A stretch of 64,000 nucleotides of DNA from Felis catus (GCF_018350175.1 NC_058369.1:22198001-22262000); one strand, 5' to 3'. Shown: positions 41,567-56,870, numbered from the stretch's first letter. A program made the numbers and translations. The notes: generated by a model from the letters alone, not told the origin.

Positions 41567-41915
41567 TGATCTAAAACCAGGCATTTCTAATGAGAGCCGT
41601 GGACAAGAGGCTTGTGAGGGTAGAGCTTTATCCCAGGCCTTTCCAGACACAGATCACCTTTTGGAGGGCTGACTCCTGCAGCATTTCCCAAGTCACCGGT
41701 AGGCAGGGCGAGATGGGCGTCTCTAATTGTTTTTATTCGCTGTGTCAGCAGCAACACCCAAAGTGATGTACCTGTAACGTGTGTTTGTTTTAGGGTGATT
41801 TTTCAAGTAGCCGGGTGGCATAATGCTAGAATGTTCCCCTTTTATAACACTGTCCTTTTCTTCTTTTTTCCTGTTGTGCTTCCTCTCTGTGGCTTCTGAA
41901 TGCTTGCCCTAACAG

Positions 41916-41999
41916 CACTATTTCACTGATGCATGGAACACTTTTGATGCCTTAATTGTTGTTGGTAGCGTCGTTGATATTGCTATAACTGAAGTGAAT
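41916..41999 (+). CDS. CACNA1D: CACNA1D exon 31', downstream member of the IVS3 pair ([28 protein letters not shown])
   Basis: taacag / AAT|gtaagt, 84 nt, paralogous to the upstream exon; not in ORF track. Confidence 0.95.
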
Positions 42000-44810
42000 G
42001 TAAGTAGCAAATTTTGTGTCCTGTAACGTGATTGTTTTTGTTAAGTCTAACACTCGGGTGCCTAGAAACGCTATCCGTGGGCCTTCCTACACTTTAGAAA
42101 TTCGGACGTATGCTTGTTCTAAAAGACGAACATTTTGTAGTCGCCCCCTTCCCTCACCCCACCCCTCTCCCCCAAAAGAGAGTGGAGAAGTAAATGTAGA
42201 ATTGCCATTTTGGAACTAAAGCATTATTTTTTTAAAAAAAGTTCTTATTAAGTTCTTAAGGGCTTGGAGTTAACGTATGTGAGTATGTGAACATTATCAC
42301 TCACTAGCTGTGTGACCTTGGCTGGTCACCTGACTGCTTTGAGCCTCAGTTTTTCTAGCTGCAAAACGGAGTTCATAACGTGTGCCCTGGTACCCGCAGC
42401 AGTTCTGTGAAGGCACAGGAGGGAAACTTCACAGCCACACCATGAACCCGTGGCAGCTGCTGCTGTGTCCTCACCTGTACCTTGTGTACCTGCTGAGTCT
42501 GGCTGGTGGCACTGGGGAATACCCGCTGTCCTAGCTCCCCAAACGATGATGTAGGTCGAAGGCTGCCCTGGACCAAGGGAAGGGGGGCCTCGTGTGTATT
42601 GGGAGAGGGTGTCCATTCTCCATTGTTGCACTTGATCAAACCCTTTAGTAAGGAAACAAGTGCAGTAGCAGTGTGGTAGGTGGAGTGACCCCCACCCTTC
42701 AGGAAGCATCCTAAGAACCCTCCTTCACGGGGAGCACTGCCTCCATCTAGCTCCTCTTGCATCTAACCCGTGCCTAAACCAGAAAGATGTGAAGCAGAAA
42801 CGGCCCTGCTCGCCTGGTCTGTCCCCAGTTCGTCAGCGAGTCTGAGTGGGTGTCCGACGTGTGTACCCCTGTTGTGTAGAGCCCGTTGTGGGGATGAGTG
42901 GAGCATGGGGTAGGACTGCTGTGTGGTGTTGGCTTTCTGCTCCGTGTGGCCAGCCCAGCCCTCCTCCCCAACCCCTGGCTGGGAAGAGGCCTCCTCGCTC
43001 TGCCTGGCTGACATTTGCAGGGTTGTACAGCCCATCCTGGTGTCCAGACAGCCTGTATCAAACAGGGACGGTGCAGTCCCTTTTAATGCCACTGCTTCGG
43101 GGCCAAGCTAATCCTGGAGCACAGAACAGTGGGACAGCTGCTGGCCTGACACTCCTCAGGCCTGACAGTCAGTCCTGGTCCTGGTTCAAAACTGACTCGT
43201 TGGACCCGGGGCCTCAGTTCCCCCCATGGATCGACTGGGGTGAGTGCTATGTGCCCTTCCAACTTCATAGGTATGTTGGGGTGAAATTTTGTGAAAATAT
43301 CTGCTACAAAACCTAACATATTAGGGAGATACAAAGCTATTATTCCAAGTGTAGATTTTCCGTGCACAGATAGGTAAAATGGACTATAAGACAGGTCCAC
43401 GAGGGTGTGATTTAAGCCTCATGACACCCAAATCCATGCCACGACAAGGCAGCAAAGTGGTATTTTACTAGGCTTAGGAAGATACACCCTCCCTAACCTC
43501 CATAAGCCCAGACTTATGTAAATTCCACTTTATGTGAAATATTCCATAACTCAGCTATAAAGTTGTCATTCATAACGTGTAAGTTATGCTCGGTTATAAA
43601 ATAATCTAATGCTAATGGCAGAACAGCAGGACCCTAACTGGGCTGCCAGGGGCTCTCTCCTGAATTTATGACCAGACATATGCCTGCTTAACCGTCTCCT
43701 GATGTAAACCGCTTAGAGCCTTCATCAAAGTATGCTTACGTGGAAGTTCTGGAACAGACCCTTACGTAAGTCAGAGATGGCCTATAATGGGGATGAAAAT
43801 TGAATAAGCTACAGTTTCAGCAGGTCTCCCTGGAGTGCTCTGTGCTCAAAGTGATGTGCAGGCAGTGGGCATAACTACTTAGTTTCTGGGTACCAGGATG
43901 TGGCCAAGGTTTGTTGGCCGAGCCAACAAGCCAGATCTCCAGTGCCTCAACCACCCGCTGGCTGGCAGGGTGTGGCGCTGGTGGCCTCGGTCGACAGCAC
44001 GTGCCCAGCTTCCTGGCTGCCCTTCCGTATGCTGGGGGCAGGCGTGCACCACGCCCATCCCCTCTAGCCCAGCCTTGCTCATCGGTGTCTCACACGTGTC
44101 CTCCCTCGTGTTGTATCGGACAGTCAGGAAAGCTGCAGGGGTACAAGAACCCACACTGGATTTCCTAGTTAGCACTTGACTTTGGGGTGTCTGCACAAAG
44201 CAACCTTTCACTGGGCCCATTTCTGGAACTCAGTTGGACTTTCAAAATCACACTGGTGAACAGTCTCCTACTGTTTCCTAGTCGGTGACTTTCCCTGCGG
44301 TCAGATCTAGCCTGAGACAAAACCTCCCTCAGCTGGTGGCCAAGCCGGTTGTCCACTCTGGTAGAAGTAGAACCCCTAGGGGAGATTGGCAGCTCTGTGC
44401 TGGGCTGCATTGCACAGCGATTGCTCAAGGCCACCTTCTCATTCACTCAGTCTCTCCCCGCACATGTCCTGGGCACGTAGAATTCGCGGGTCATGGACAC
44501 AAAGATAAAAGAGACCAGATGTCCTCAACCCCTGATGGTATAACTGGGTGGAGCTGGGAATTCCTACATCGCCCTCTCCTGCGCATGCCTAGTTCCCTGG
44601 TAGAGCAACTCACATCGTACCCCTTGCTGGCCTCATCCCCCAAGACCCTGGGCCAGATCAGCTTGAACGCCCTTGGTCCACGTTGGCTGTTTTTAGCTGC
44701 AATAAGTCATCATTTTTTGCGATATTTAACCTGCTGTGCTCTCTCCCCCAATCTCTGTCGATCTTCCTTTTCTGTTACCTAATTGATTTTCATGTTGGTT
44801 TTATTTTTAG

Positions 44811-44822
44811 AAAATTGTAGCG
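44811..44822 (+). CDS. CACNA1D: Putative 12-nt microexon (KIVA) with GC donor, IVS3-S4 linker
   Basis: ~100-nt AG-free pyrimidine-rich tract, CTAAT branch-like at 44779-44783, ttttag acceptor, GCG|gcaagt donor, phase 0/0. Confidence 0.58.
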
Positions 44823-46595
44823 GCAAGTATATATAAACATATATACGGTGATGTCGTTAAAGCAAAAGCACTCTAAAGACTGTATACTTGTTTTTGGCTT
44901 CCCCCACCTGTGGTTTTCACTGAGTTTCACGGGGTGTGCTATGTATGGCTCAGGGTCATCTAAATTGTTTCCTTTCCCCTGTGTCCAATCTCCAGCTGGG
45001 GTCTGGGCCAGGGCCGTCTTGGTCAGTCACGCTTGGCTCTGTGACTTGCCAACGTAGTCCTCGAGAATGATTGATCTGGCCCGCAAATGAGAAACCTAGC
45101 TCGTGCTTACACTGTTTGCAAAAACATTTTGGATGGCCCTTTCTGTTGTCCTGCTTGATGCTTACCCAGCCCTCTCCTGCTGCCCCCGCCCCACATACCC
45201 TACCCTGCTCTGACCATGGTCTGATGGCTCTCGAAGACTTGTCTTTATCACATCTGGTCGTAACATCACCAAGCTGCTAAAATGTCAGATGGCGACTGGT
45301 AGGCTTGCTTTTGCTCCCCCTCAGATGCCTGTTGGTGCCTTGAATGGGGAAATGACAGAGCACCCCATTCTCCTTAACCCGGGCAGTGGCTGTTGCCAGC
45401 ACGGAGTCTTTTCCCACTGTTGTTATTGCTGGAGAGGCAAAATATTTGTGCAGAAACCGTGACTGCCTTGTTCTCACTTACTGAAGAACATGTGAAAAGT
45501 CAGTAGGGAGCGTACTCCCAGGGACCCAACAGTTGTCCCTGACCTGTCAGGTACCCAGTTTGGACCAGGTGACCAACAGCTGTGCTCAGCTTCTGGTTGT
45601 TCAGCTCTCCATTCCAGAAGCCAGCCCTTTTCCAGGGGCCAGGTCACTGATTTCACAGACTCAGCATTCCCATATACAGAAGCTGCCTCTCCCAGCAGTG
45701 TTATGTGCCCAGTCAGAAGTAGCCAGAGGGAAGTTCCCCATCCCATCCCCTGCAAAGAGTGGGATGCCTTGAGTTAACTGGTTCTGGGATGCCGGTTTGC
45801 TTCCTGTCTGAATTGGAAAACCACGTCATCTCAGCCTTACCAGGAAAAGATGGGAATTCATACAGCAAGTGCAGACTGATCTTTGTTGCACTTGGGAAAC
45901 TCAGGGCTTGTTTGGTTCCTATAGTTGCTGGGGGCTGGCCCTGGCCCTGCCTCTCAAGAGCCTTTCACTGGTCTTCCTGTGTGAAGAGGCTGGAGGGAAT
46001 GTCAGGAGAGCTCCCAGGGATCTACAGAGATTTCTGGGCCCCTGCATATGGTTTGGCCACCTGGGGCTGAGGGCAGTCTCTCTGTGGGGCTCCCAGATGA
46101 AGACACTGGCACCTCATGGTTAGAAGGAGCTGCCCAGGCCCACTAGCCCAAGGCCAGGGGTGGCACCGCAGTCCCCTCTGTGAGGACCGGCCATGCAGCC
46201 CCGGCGATTGGTTTTGGAAAACTCCCCAGGGAGTGAGCTCTTTTCCACTTTCAGCCTCTGAGAGCATCCTGTCATTGATTCTGGAATCGCATAGAGAGTC
46301 AGCTCACCCACGTTCCCACCGCACACTTCACAGCCTGCTGTTTCCGAGCCCCCACCCCCCACCCCCAGGGGAAAGATGGGGATGCATTCTAACCTGTTTA
46401 CATTGTTAGAGTACTGAACCCTCATCAACTCGAGTAGAACCCACTGCTCAGCTGTAATGGCCTAAGTGGGCTTTTCTAGGGGCCCCACTCGGTATGGCCA
46501 ATCCACACCTTAAAGGAATTTGCTGGTGTGAGTGACCATCTGAAGAGAGCCCAGCTTTACCCTGGCCTAGGACTGCCATTCCCCTCTAGCAGGGC

Positions 46596-46980
46596 CTTAG
46601 AATCACCTGGCAGCTTTTCTTTCTTTATTTTTTTTAGTGTATTTATTTATTTTTGAGACAGAGAGAGACAGAGCATGAGCAGGGGAGGGGCAGAGAGAGA
46701 GGGAGACACAGAATCCAAAGCAGACTCCAGGCCCTGAGCTGTCAGCACAAAGCCTGACGTGGGGCTCGAACTCACGGAGTGTGAGATCATGACCTGAGCT
46801 GAAGTCGGATGCCCAACTGACTGAGCCACCCAGGCGCCCACCTGGGAGCTTTTAAAATTCCTAAAGCCCCGGCACACCCCAGCCCAATTAGAGAAGAATC
46901 TTTGGAGTGGAACCCAGGCAGTAGATTCTGTCAAAGACCCCCAGGCAGTTGGAATGTGCAGCCCAGGGTGGAGAGCTGGC
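46596..46980. mobile_element. MER5A-like hAT fossil interrupted by a CAN-SINE
   Basis: ttagaatcacctgg...ccccaggcagttggaatgtgcagcccaggg flanking the SINE. Confidence 0.6.
46617..46838 (-). mobile_element. CAN-SINE
   Basis: antisense SINE; TSD cacctgg(c/g)agcttt. Confidence 0.93.
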
Positions 46981-49219
46981 CCGCCCTTTGCATCTGGCTG
47001 GCATTTGTAGTTTGGGCAAAGCCATCTTTAGGGTCCTTCCAATCCGTAAGATATTTTGGCAACTTGCACCGTCCCCCGGTGCGGCCAGCAGCGTCCTCCC
47101 CTGCACCTGTGCCCCCTGGCCGGCGTGGCGCTGAGCGCAGGAGAAGGTGTCGCAGGCTGCGCTGGGGGTGCACGTGGATTGCTGTGCTGTTTGTTGTCTC
47201 TGCCCTTGCTGCATGTTGTGCTGACCTGTCCCTCCACAAATGCTGTCTTGTCCTCCTCTTTGTTTTCCTTTTTTTAAAAGGATATCCAGGGTTTCAAGTT
47301 CCTAGTCTAAGATTTGCCATACTTCAAAGATATCAGTTGGAAAAGAGATGTCCCTCTCAAAAGTCAGTTTGGCTGCTAACTTCCCACATTGTGAGGGGGA
47401 GGGGGCGGTGAGAGGTCCATCCGACTTGGAACGGGATGTGGAGGACAGGCAGAAGGGGCTGTGGCCAGGTCGTAGCCAGAGAGTGTCTTCCCCGACCAAC
47501 AGACCTCTTATTCTTGCAGGTCGGACATCTCCAAAGTATAACTGTAGAGTGCTCTCTCTTGTGCACCCTCTGGCCCCCTTGAGCACAGGCAGGCAGGGGT
47601 GTGCATGCTTGCACACACCCTTATACTCATGCCCTTGCACTCTGGCTGCATGGGTGCGACCCAAGCCTCGTGCTGACAACCCTGAGGGAGATGGGGTTGG
47701 GAGACAGAGGTTTGGAAAACGAATTCCTTCATTTGTTAAAGTCAGAAGTTAAAAACCATCATCTGTCCCTTTAAGGGGATGTTCTTTGTCTTGAGGTGAG
47801 AGAAAAGAGGAAAATAGAAACAGTGACAGGGGCTTGGACTGTGCCATTGGAGAGTTTGCATTCTGAGCATCCCAGGTGAACCAGGAACCCCCTTTCCACC
47901 CTTTCAGAACCTGTCAGTCCTGGGCTTGTTGTCACACTGCTGAATTTCAGTAGTGATGTGACATGCCCAACTCTTGTTTTCTGTGATTTTTGTATTTGGT
48001 CTCAGGAGGCAGCTGTTAATAAGAGTGAGATTCCAGAACGGAGCCCTTACTTTCCCTGTATCCCCAGGGAGGAGAACCCCTCCCTCAGATTTGTGTGCAC
48101 ATCTATGTGTGTGCATATGTACCTTAGCTGTGCAGACACACCATGCAGAAGGCTCCCTGGAAACCCTGGTAAATACTCAGCAGCCCGGGCCCCCAACCAG
48201 AAGAGGCTCATTCCTTTGCCAGTTACCAGGTAGACCAGCTGCTTCCGTGGAGCTGACCCTCCTAAAGGGAACAGAGAGGCTGTTCCTATCTCTTGCTCAG
48301 TCTTCTGTTTAATTTCATGGCGCCTCCCGACGTCCGGAAGAGCTTGCTTACGACCTCTTTCCACTCTCCTAAACACTTACTGAACATCTAATGAGTAAGT
48401 GCCTCATGCAGGGCACCAAGTGGAGTGAAGCAAGGTCCCACCCTCAGGGGGCCCCCAACCTGAAGAAGAGGCAGGTGTCCACTGGGTGGCGAGCCCTGTG
48501 GTTCAGCCCCCTGGGGCCCGAGTGAGAGGCACCCAGCCAGACCTCGGATGAGGTGGAAGTATGGAAGCTCAGGGCGGGCTGGTCCCATGCTGCTGCTTCC
48601 CAGGAGTCACACGGTGCTGAGCGCCGTCCTCTCTGCCAGCAGTCTGGGCTGTAGGCTGGGCATTAAAGCCCCTCTCCCACCCACACTGACTTGGTTTGCT
48701 CACCTCCACCACAAGGGCTGTAGGACACCTTGCCCAGGCACGTGGCCCAGGAGGTGTGTGGGCCACAGGCAGGTGCCAGTCTCCCTGCCCCGTTCAGTAG
48801 CCTCATTCTGTTCCTCGGGGCTAGGGGTGGCCTGAAGAGCAGTTCGTTCCCTGGACCCACAACCCAGCCTCGGCCAAGAGAACTAGCCTGCCCGTGAGAT
48901 GCAGGGTCCCACCGCGCATTTCTGTCTTTGGGAGCAACTGAGGTCCTGTAGTGTTCTCTTTCACTGGATGCCCGCCCACCTTGGTGCATTGTGTCCCAGG
49001 ATGTGAATTAGAAAGTAGCGTGTCTGAGCCTGTGTCCGAGGCTGCCCACCCTCAAGTCCGGGTCCAGGCAGAGCCCCTGGCATCTTCTCAGGGAGGGAGC
49101 AGCTGCATTGTCCTGGGACATTAACCACACATTGTTATAAAGGGGGGAGGGGCCCATCCTTCTGAACCACTGCTTCCTTTCCATTCATTAATACATTTTC
49201 AATCTTTGATTTCTTAAAG

Positions 49220-49264
49220 CCAACTGAAAGTGACAATGTCCCTGTCCCCACCGCTACACCCGGG
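49220..49264 (+). CDS. CACNA1D: CACNA1D cassette exon 32 (PTESDNVPVPTATPG), IVS3-S4 linker
   Basis: ttaaag / GGG|gtaaga, 45 nt, matches the known 15-aa cassette. Confidence 0.93.
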
Positions 49265-49666
49265 GTAAGATCAGTGATGAGTCCCCCCGGGGCTGGGCCT
49301 TTTCCTTGACCATGCTGAGTTTTCCACTAGTGTTTCTGTATTCTCCATGATTGTCCTTCCAGAACAGTGTCTGCAGTGGTTTGCATTCATCATCAGTGTC
49401 CAGTACTCTTGGCCAGCCCGGCGTTCTCCTCTTAACACACTAGACCACGTGGGCATGCATGTGCTGTGTGGACGCGGTTTTCCAAGCCCTGTGTTGTTAG
49501 CATGTAACTCTTCCTTTCATATCATGCTTTTTAAGGTGAAAAGGCCCTAGAAACACATCTTCAACTCTTACCTCTGTCACCTTTGTTTGCCTCTGTTGCT
49601 GTTTTTCTGAAAGTGTTGCATGTTCTACTTTGCATTGGGTTTGACCTCTCCATGATAACCCTTCAG

Positions 49667-49795
49667 AACTCTGAAGAGAGCAATAGAATCTCCATCACCT
49701 TTTTCCGTCTTTTCCGAGTGATGCGGTTGGTGAAGCTTCTCAGCAGGGGGGAAGGCATCCGGACACTGCTGTGGACTTTTATAAAGTCCTTTCAG
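49667..49795 (+). CDS. CACNA1D: CACNA1D exon 33 (IVS4, [30 protein letters not shown])
   Basis: cttcag / CAG|gtaaga, 129 nt. Confidence 0.97.
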
Positions 49796-51967
49796 GTAAG
49801 AGCCCCACAAGGGGCTTATCTGTTGCTCCTGAAGACCACATGTGAACCAGTGAGCATCCTCTGTCATGGAGGACCGGGACTCCCTTCGGCATGGCCACTG
49901 GGATCCCCTGAGTCGATAGAGGGAGTGGAATGTGGAAGGCACCTGACCCAGCTGGACTCAGTGAATCAAACAGGATCACTTGCTAAGAGGAAACCAAAGG
50001 CAGTAAGGACCCACAGCTGAGGACAGGTGTAACCTTTCTAAGACTAGTAGGGATGGGGAGCCTCGAAGCCCCTCAGTCCTCCCTGGGATACCCAGTGGTG
50101 AATGGTGACATCTGAGAGAGGGCACGTCCCAGGTGACCCCTGCAAACCTAACAGCCTCCTGCCAGGACAGCTTCTTGGGCTGCCATGGTCCTATCTGTTG
50201 GCCGGTCTACACATGAATCAGAGACCCCTTCACCCGGGCCGGCACACCATCACGGAGCAATGTGTTACCCAGTGCCTGGAAGGATCAGAGCGTTGAGGAC
50301 ATTTGGGCATAAGCCAAGCCTCCCTTGTCATCTGTGACTCTCCAGGCTGGTGCAGGCTGGTTCTAGTCTATTCCTCAATCAGGACCCGGCTTCTCCGGTA
50401 CTGTCTAGTACTCCATCCCAGACGTTCTAGTCTTCTAGATGGAATTAACTGAGGACAGGGTACAGATTCTCATCAAAAAGATTCACCTATGTAGGGGATC
50501 CATAGCTATGTGCAAATCATGAATCTTTCTTTGTTTGACTATCTTTAGTTTGAAAGTAATAAACATTCACATTGAGAAGTAACACCGGTTAACATCCCAC
50601 ATAGCATTTTTCTGCAGTGGGTGGGATTTTAACACATAAAGGGAAGGGATGGCATCTGGGGAAGGGGGTAGATCTAAAAACTCAAAGAAGGAAAATTCCA
50701 AATCCTGGCAGGGGAAATGAGGTTGTAGGAAGAACCAGGCACGAAGCTCTGAGAGAGAGCAAGTGGGGCCTCACGGGAGCCTTGGTCTCGGTAAGAGACA
50801 AAATCCCAGATGTTTGTTATTAATATAAAGTACCAAAGTCTGAGAACGAACTGCTGTAAAAAAATGGAATAGTTTTACGTAATCGTGTCATCCTCGCTTT
50901 TCAAGAAATTATTAAAGTTTTCCTTTTTAAAGATTTGGTCGCTGTAGATAAATTCATTTCACAGGGTGGTAGTTCACAAAAACTGAGAAACGGTGCCAAA
51001 GGAATTCTGAAAGACTCCGTCATCTAGGAAGAAAATGCGTGTAGGTGTGGTGAGGAAAGCCTGGAACTAACTCTGCGGGGCTCTGATCAGCAGTTGGCAG
51101 TCACAGATCCAGAGCTGGCACAGGTCAGGGAGCTTATAGCCGCTGGCTTTCTGGTGGTCTTTTTTGAGTAAAAGGGAAAGCGGATGCTTTAAGCATGTGT
51201 GCTTGGCATTGAGCTCAACAACCCGGCCTCTGCCTGGAGGCGTGCCACGTGCACAGATATCTCCTGTCACACAACATGATGTAGAAAAGCAGGTGAAGAT
51301 TATGGATTGAAGGACCCGACACATATATGTGTATTTAATGTTCAGTCCTAAGGAGAACCCAGGTTTGGCCACCACCCGGCTAGCTCCTTTTCTTCCCTGA
51401 CCCAACCCCCAACTCTGGTTCCTTCAGGAGGTGTTCATTTTAAGAAAGCTATCTTGCTTTCTATAGCAGCATCTGGAAAGGGGTTCTTCTCCTCTGCCCC
51501 AGCAGTGTCATTCCTAAGACCTCCCCTTAAAGAAATACTTCAGCAGACATGGGAGATTTTGCATAAAGATGTTCCTCTGCAACGTGATCTACAGTAGCCC
51601 CTCGCCCCCACCCCAAACATGCCCACAAAAGAAAGTGGAAGCAATCCAAACATCCAGTTTTCTGGAATGGTTTGATCACTTATGGTAATTTCACAAAGGA
51701 ATCTAATGACGGATGTAAACGTTGTTGTGAGGGTGATGTGTCTGCGTTGACACTGTTTCGGATCAGGGCACACTGTTAATGATGGTGGAAAGCACTTCTG
51801 CCTGTAGCTTCATGACACTAGGCGTACAGATGGATGGTGCCCTCGGGACTGAAATCATCGTGCTGGGCTGTGGTTTAAAAAGTCGTTGTTCACTGTTGGC
51901 ATCCTTTCAACACAACCTGGAAAAGAGAAGCATGTGACCCTGTGTTGGGTCTTCATTCTGCACCTGA

Positions 51968-52225
<258 letters not shown>

Positions 52226-53796
52226 TGAAGACACGTGGAGATGAGAAGGACGTGGCTCTGTAGGAGAGCACTCCACAGGAAAGCACCTGTGCCAGGGAGA
52301 GCCAGGCTCAGGAGCCAGCAGAGGTAGGGATATGCCAAGGAAGGCTGGGTTTAGTGGTACTCTTCACCCCCCACTCTGAGTCCTGGGAGACTCAACTGAT
52401 TGAGAAAACCCACAGTTGGTTTAGCAACAGGAAATGCAGCACTTAAAAAAAGCTGTAGTTGTTCTAGTTTCTGTACTGATGTAACTAAGGAGATATTAGT
52501 GATACAGAAGGCTGTTTATAGTCCGGAAAGTTAGGTTTTATCGCAACCAAGTGAGATTTTTACTTGAGACCGGCGGCTCCCAGATGCTGGGGCTGGGGCT
52601 GAACTGGAACCATTAGTTGGCATCGGTAGCACCCCCTTTAAAAAAGAAGCATGAAACCAGGCCTTTCTGTGACCATGACTGAGGTGCCACAGGATTGTTC
52701 CCTGCTTCTCCTGGAGTGGAGGAAAGGGATTGGGGCTTCATTCCCTGCTGAGCCCCAGTGGAGTAGGTGCAGCCTCCAGGAGGAGAGGGGGATGGAGCAC
52801 AGCCTGCTGGACCCCCTGGGGGGTTTCTCTGCCACATTCTCTGCTGGCTTGGATGCTGTCTTTCAGATAAGAGGGATGTGAGTGTCAAAGAGGTGGGGGA
52901 CTCCAGAGCAGAGAGGTGGCTGTGCTTACTTATCTGAAGGCATAGGAACATTGGCAGTTCGCTAGGGATCTTATTGGGAGTTATGAACATAGAGTTGACA
53001 CAGTTGAGCACCTGCAGCTCAGCATGGGATGCTGTGTGCCCTGAAGGGTCTTCGATGACCTGGTGTCCTCCCACAGAACGAGAGCGGTCTCAGGAAACTG
53101 CACACTGCATATTGCACGTTCCGTCACCGGTTCACTTGGGAGGCTTTGCCGGGCATCACACTCTTCTAAACTGGCCTGCTCCTCCAAGTTCCACAGCTGA
53201 CTTCCCCTGGCCCTTCAAGTAGAGGCTGCCCTCCTTTCCGCAGCTCACCAGCCCCACGCTTGTCTGCAGCCCGATCTTTTGTCTGTGTACACTCATGTTC
53301 TTTTCATTTCCTGGAGCTCCGGGGCCGTGTTGCCTCTGCTCCTTCACAGGCCATGCTTCCTCTGCCTGAACACTGAGTCCTCCTCGTCACCTGACCAGCC
53401 TCTACTTTTCCTTCAGTTCTGGGCCTAAATGTCACTGCTCCAGAGGCCTCAGATACATTATGTGCTTCCTTGTCCATCTGGATCATCCCAGCTGTCCTCG
53501 GGGGTGGGGGCTGTCTGTCTGATTTCCTGGTAGTTACTCCCTGATGTGAGGGTGTGCCTGACTTCAGCACCACGCCACCCGTGGTTAGCACCCTGCCTGG
53601 CATGTTTGTTGAGTGAATGAAGTGCCCAAGCACCGTGAGAAAGCCCTAGTGGGTGTTGATCAAACTCGTGTTAGTTCTAAATTCACATGTGGAATCTGCT
53701 TTTTGGATAGTTTTTTGCGGGGGAGGGATAATTGTGGGGGTTTTTTGTTTGTTTGTTTGACAAAATCTTTATTTCCCTAAAAATTTTTCCACCTAG

Positions 53797-53889
<93 letters not shown>

Positions 53890-54569
53890 TGACTTCATCC
53901 CACGAGGCGCATCTCTCTCCAGGCTCCAGGCTCCAGTGTGACACGGGACATGTGTTTTGCGGGGCCTTTCCTGGTTGATCATGGTGGCTTTTTGTATTTG
54001 TTTTGAATTCTTGAACAGAGACGCTGGCATGTCAGTCACAGAGGAACTTTTCTGGATGGTGAAAATTGCTGTGGTCATTCAGACCATGGCTGGCTTAAGA
54101 GTTATCCCTTTGTAAGTTAGTAGGTCTTCTACTGCCACCAGGAAAATGGTAGGTTATATGCTGACACATGGGAGCATGTGTCTAAATACAACCATGAAAT
54201 TTAGCAGGAACAGAGAGACCTTTACACAGCCAGTGGGGAACATACACAATTTCAGATTTTATAGGATTGTTTTTAACCCCAGTGAACTTTGTGAACAAGG
54301 TGCTTTGAGGTGAAAGAACTTTCTAGAAGTTATACACGTACTTTCTAATGATTCTAGTGATTGAATAGCAAGTCATTTGCCAGTTGGGTGGTTTCCAGTT
54401 CTTTGTTTCCAACAAAATTGAATGGGTATCTACTCAAGTCAGGTGTTAAGTCATTAAAACATAATTAATAATTATTTAAAGATTGGAACATGAGCATTTA
54501 AAGAAGAGAAGACACAAAAACAAACATCTGTTTATGCAAAAAGAATTGATGTGCATGTATCCAATGATT

Positions 54570-54763
54570 TTTTTACTTTTTAATGTTTATTTTTGAGAAA
54601 GACACAGAGCACGAGTGGGAGAGGGGCAGACACAGAATCTGAAGCAGGCTCCAGGCTCTGAGCTGTCAGCACAGAGCCTGACAGGGGGCTCGAACCCAGG
54701 AACCATGAGGTCATGACCTGAGCCAAAATCAGATGCTTAACCAACTGAGCCACCCAGGCACCC
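54570..54763 (-). mobile_element. CAN-SINE
   Basis: antisense SINE flanked by aatgatt repeats. Confidence 0.9.
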
Positions 54764-55013
54764 TTCAAATGATTGTTTTAAACCAAAGGGAGCTGTAGCA
54801 GGGCCTCTGTGGACTCAGAGACGTTGCATTTGAAAATAAGTAGGAATTTCAATTTAAGAATTTTCACTAATCTGAAGTGCCCTCTCCCCCAAATTACTTA
54901 GATTTTGCTCTACTTAAAACTTTTGTTTTTAAAAAAATTCTTAAAAATTTCGGAAAGGTCTAAGCTTCAAATCCCTTCTTCTTCTGCTAAAGTCCTTTCT
55001 CTTGTTAATCTAA

Positions 55014-55506
<493 letters not shown>

Positions 55507-55934
55507 TGCTATGGGCATTGTATGTTGATGAGCACTCTAGGCTTCATTTGGCAGTTGGAGGTTTTGCTTCACCAGGTGCATAACCATCACCTTGGTTGTA
55601 AACAGGGGCTTGAGGCTCACTAACAGGCTTGGGACACTCACCAAGCTTCTTAGGGCTGCTGGTGTCTTTATAAAAAGTTTCAAAGCCACTGCAGGTAGCA
55701 GTGACCTAACAGTGCGAGTTATTTGGTGGCAATGAATGTGCTTCAAAAAGGCAGGATAATACAGCCCCCTGCCTCCCCCGGGACTATACCAAAGTCATTT
55801 TGGAAAGCTGGAAGCCTGCCTTTTTCTTAAACATTTTCCAGAAAGAAAGTTTTTACTGCCTCTCGTAGAAAAATGGGTTCCAAACGTTTCATGACCCTTA
55901 TAATTAGGAGGCCCTTACTAAGGTCTAACCCTAG

Positions 55935-56114
<180 letters not shown>

Positions 56115-56198
56115 TAAGTTGAAAAGGGTTCCGTGTGATTTGTGTGGGCTGTTTCTGGAACGTTGGCCATGATTTCTGTGGAAGGCAGGATGGGCTGA

Positions 56199-56870
<672 letters not shown>

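Noticed and set aside
41794..41823. Acceptor-like ttttag between exons 31 and 31' reading GDFSSSRVA-stop
   Set aside because: Only a weak donor (CGG|GTGGCA) and an early stop; resemblance to GYFS is probably coincidental
48006..48030. Possible microexon after ctcag with donor AGA|GTGAGA
   Set aside because: 19 nt from the first AG shifts the frame; weak donor and short tract
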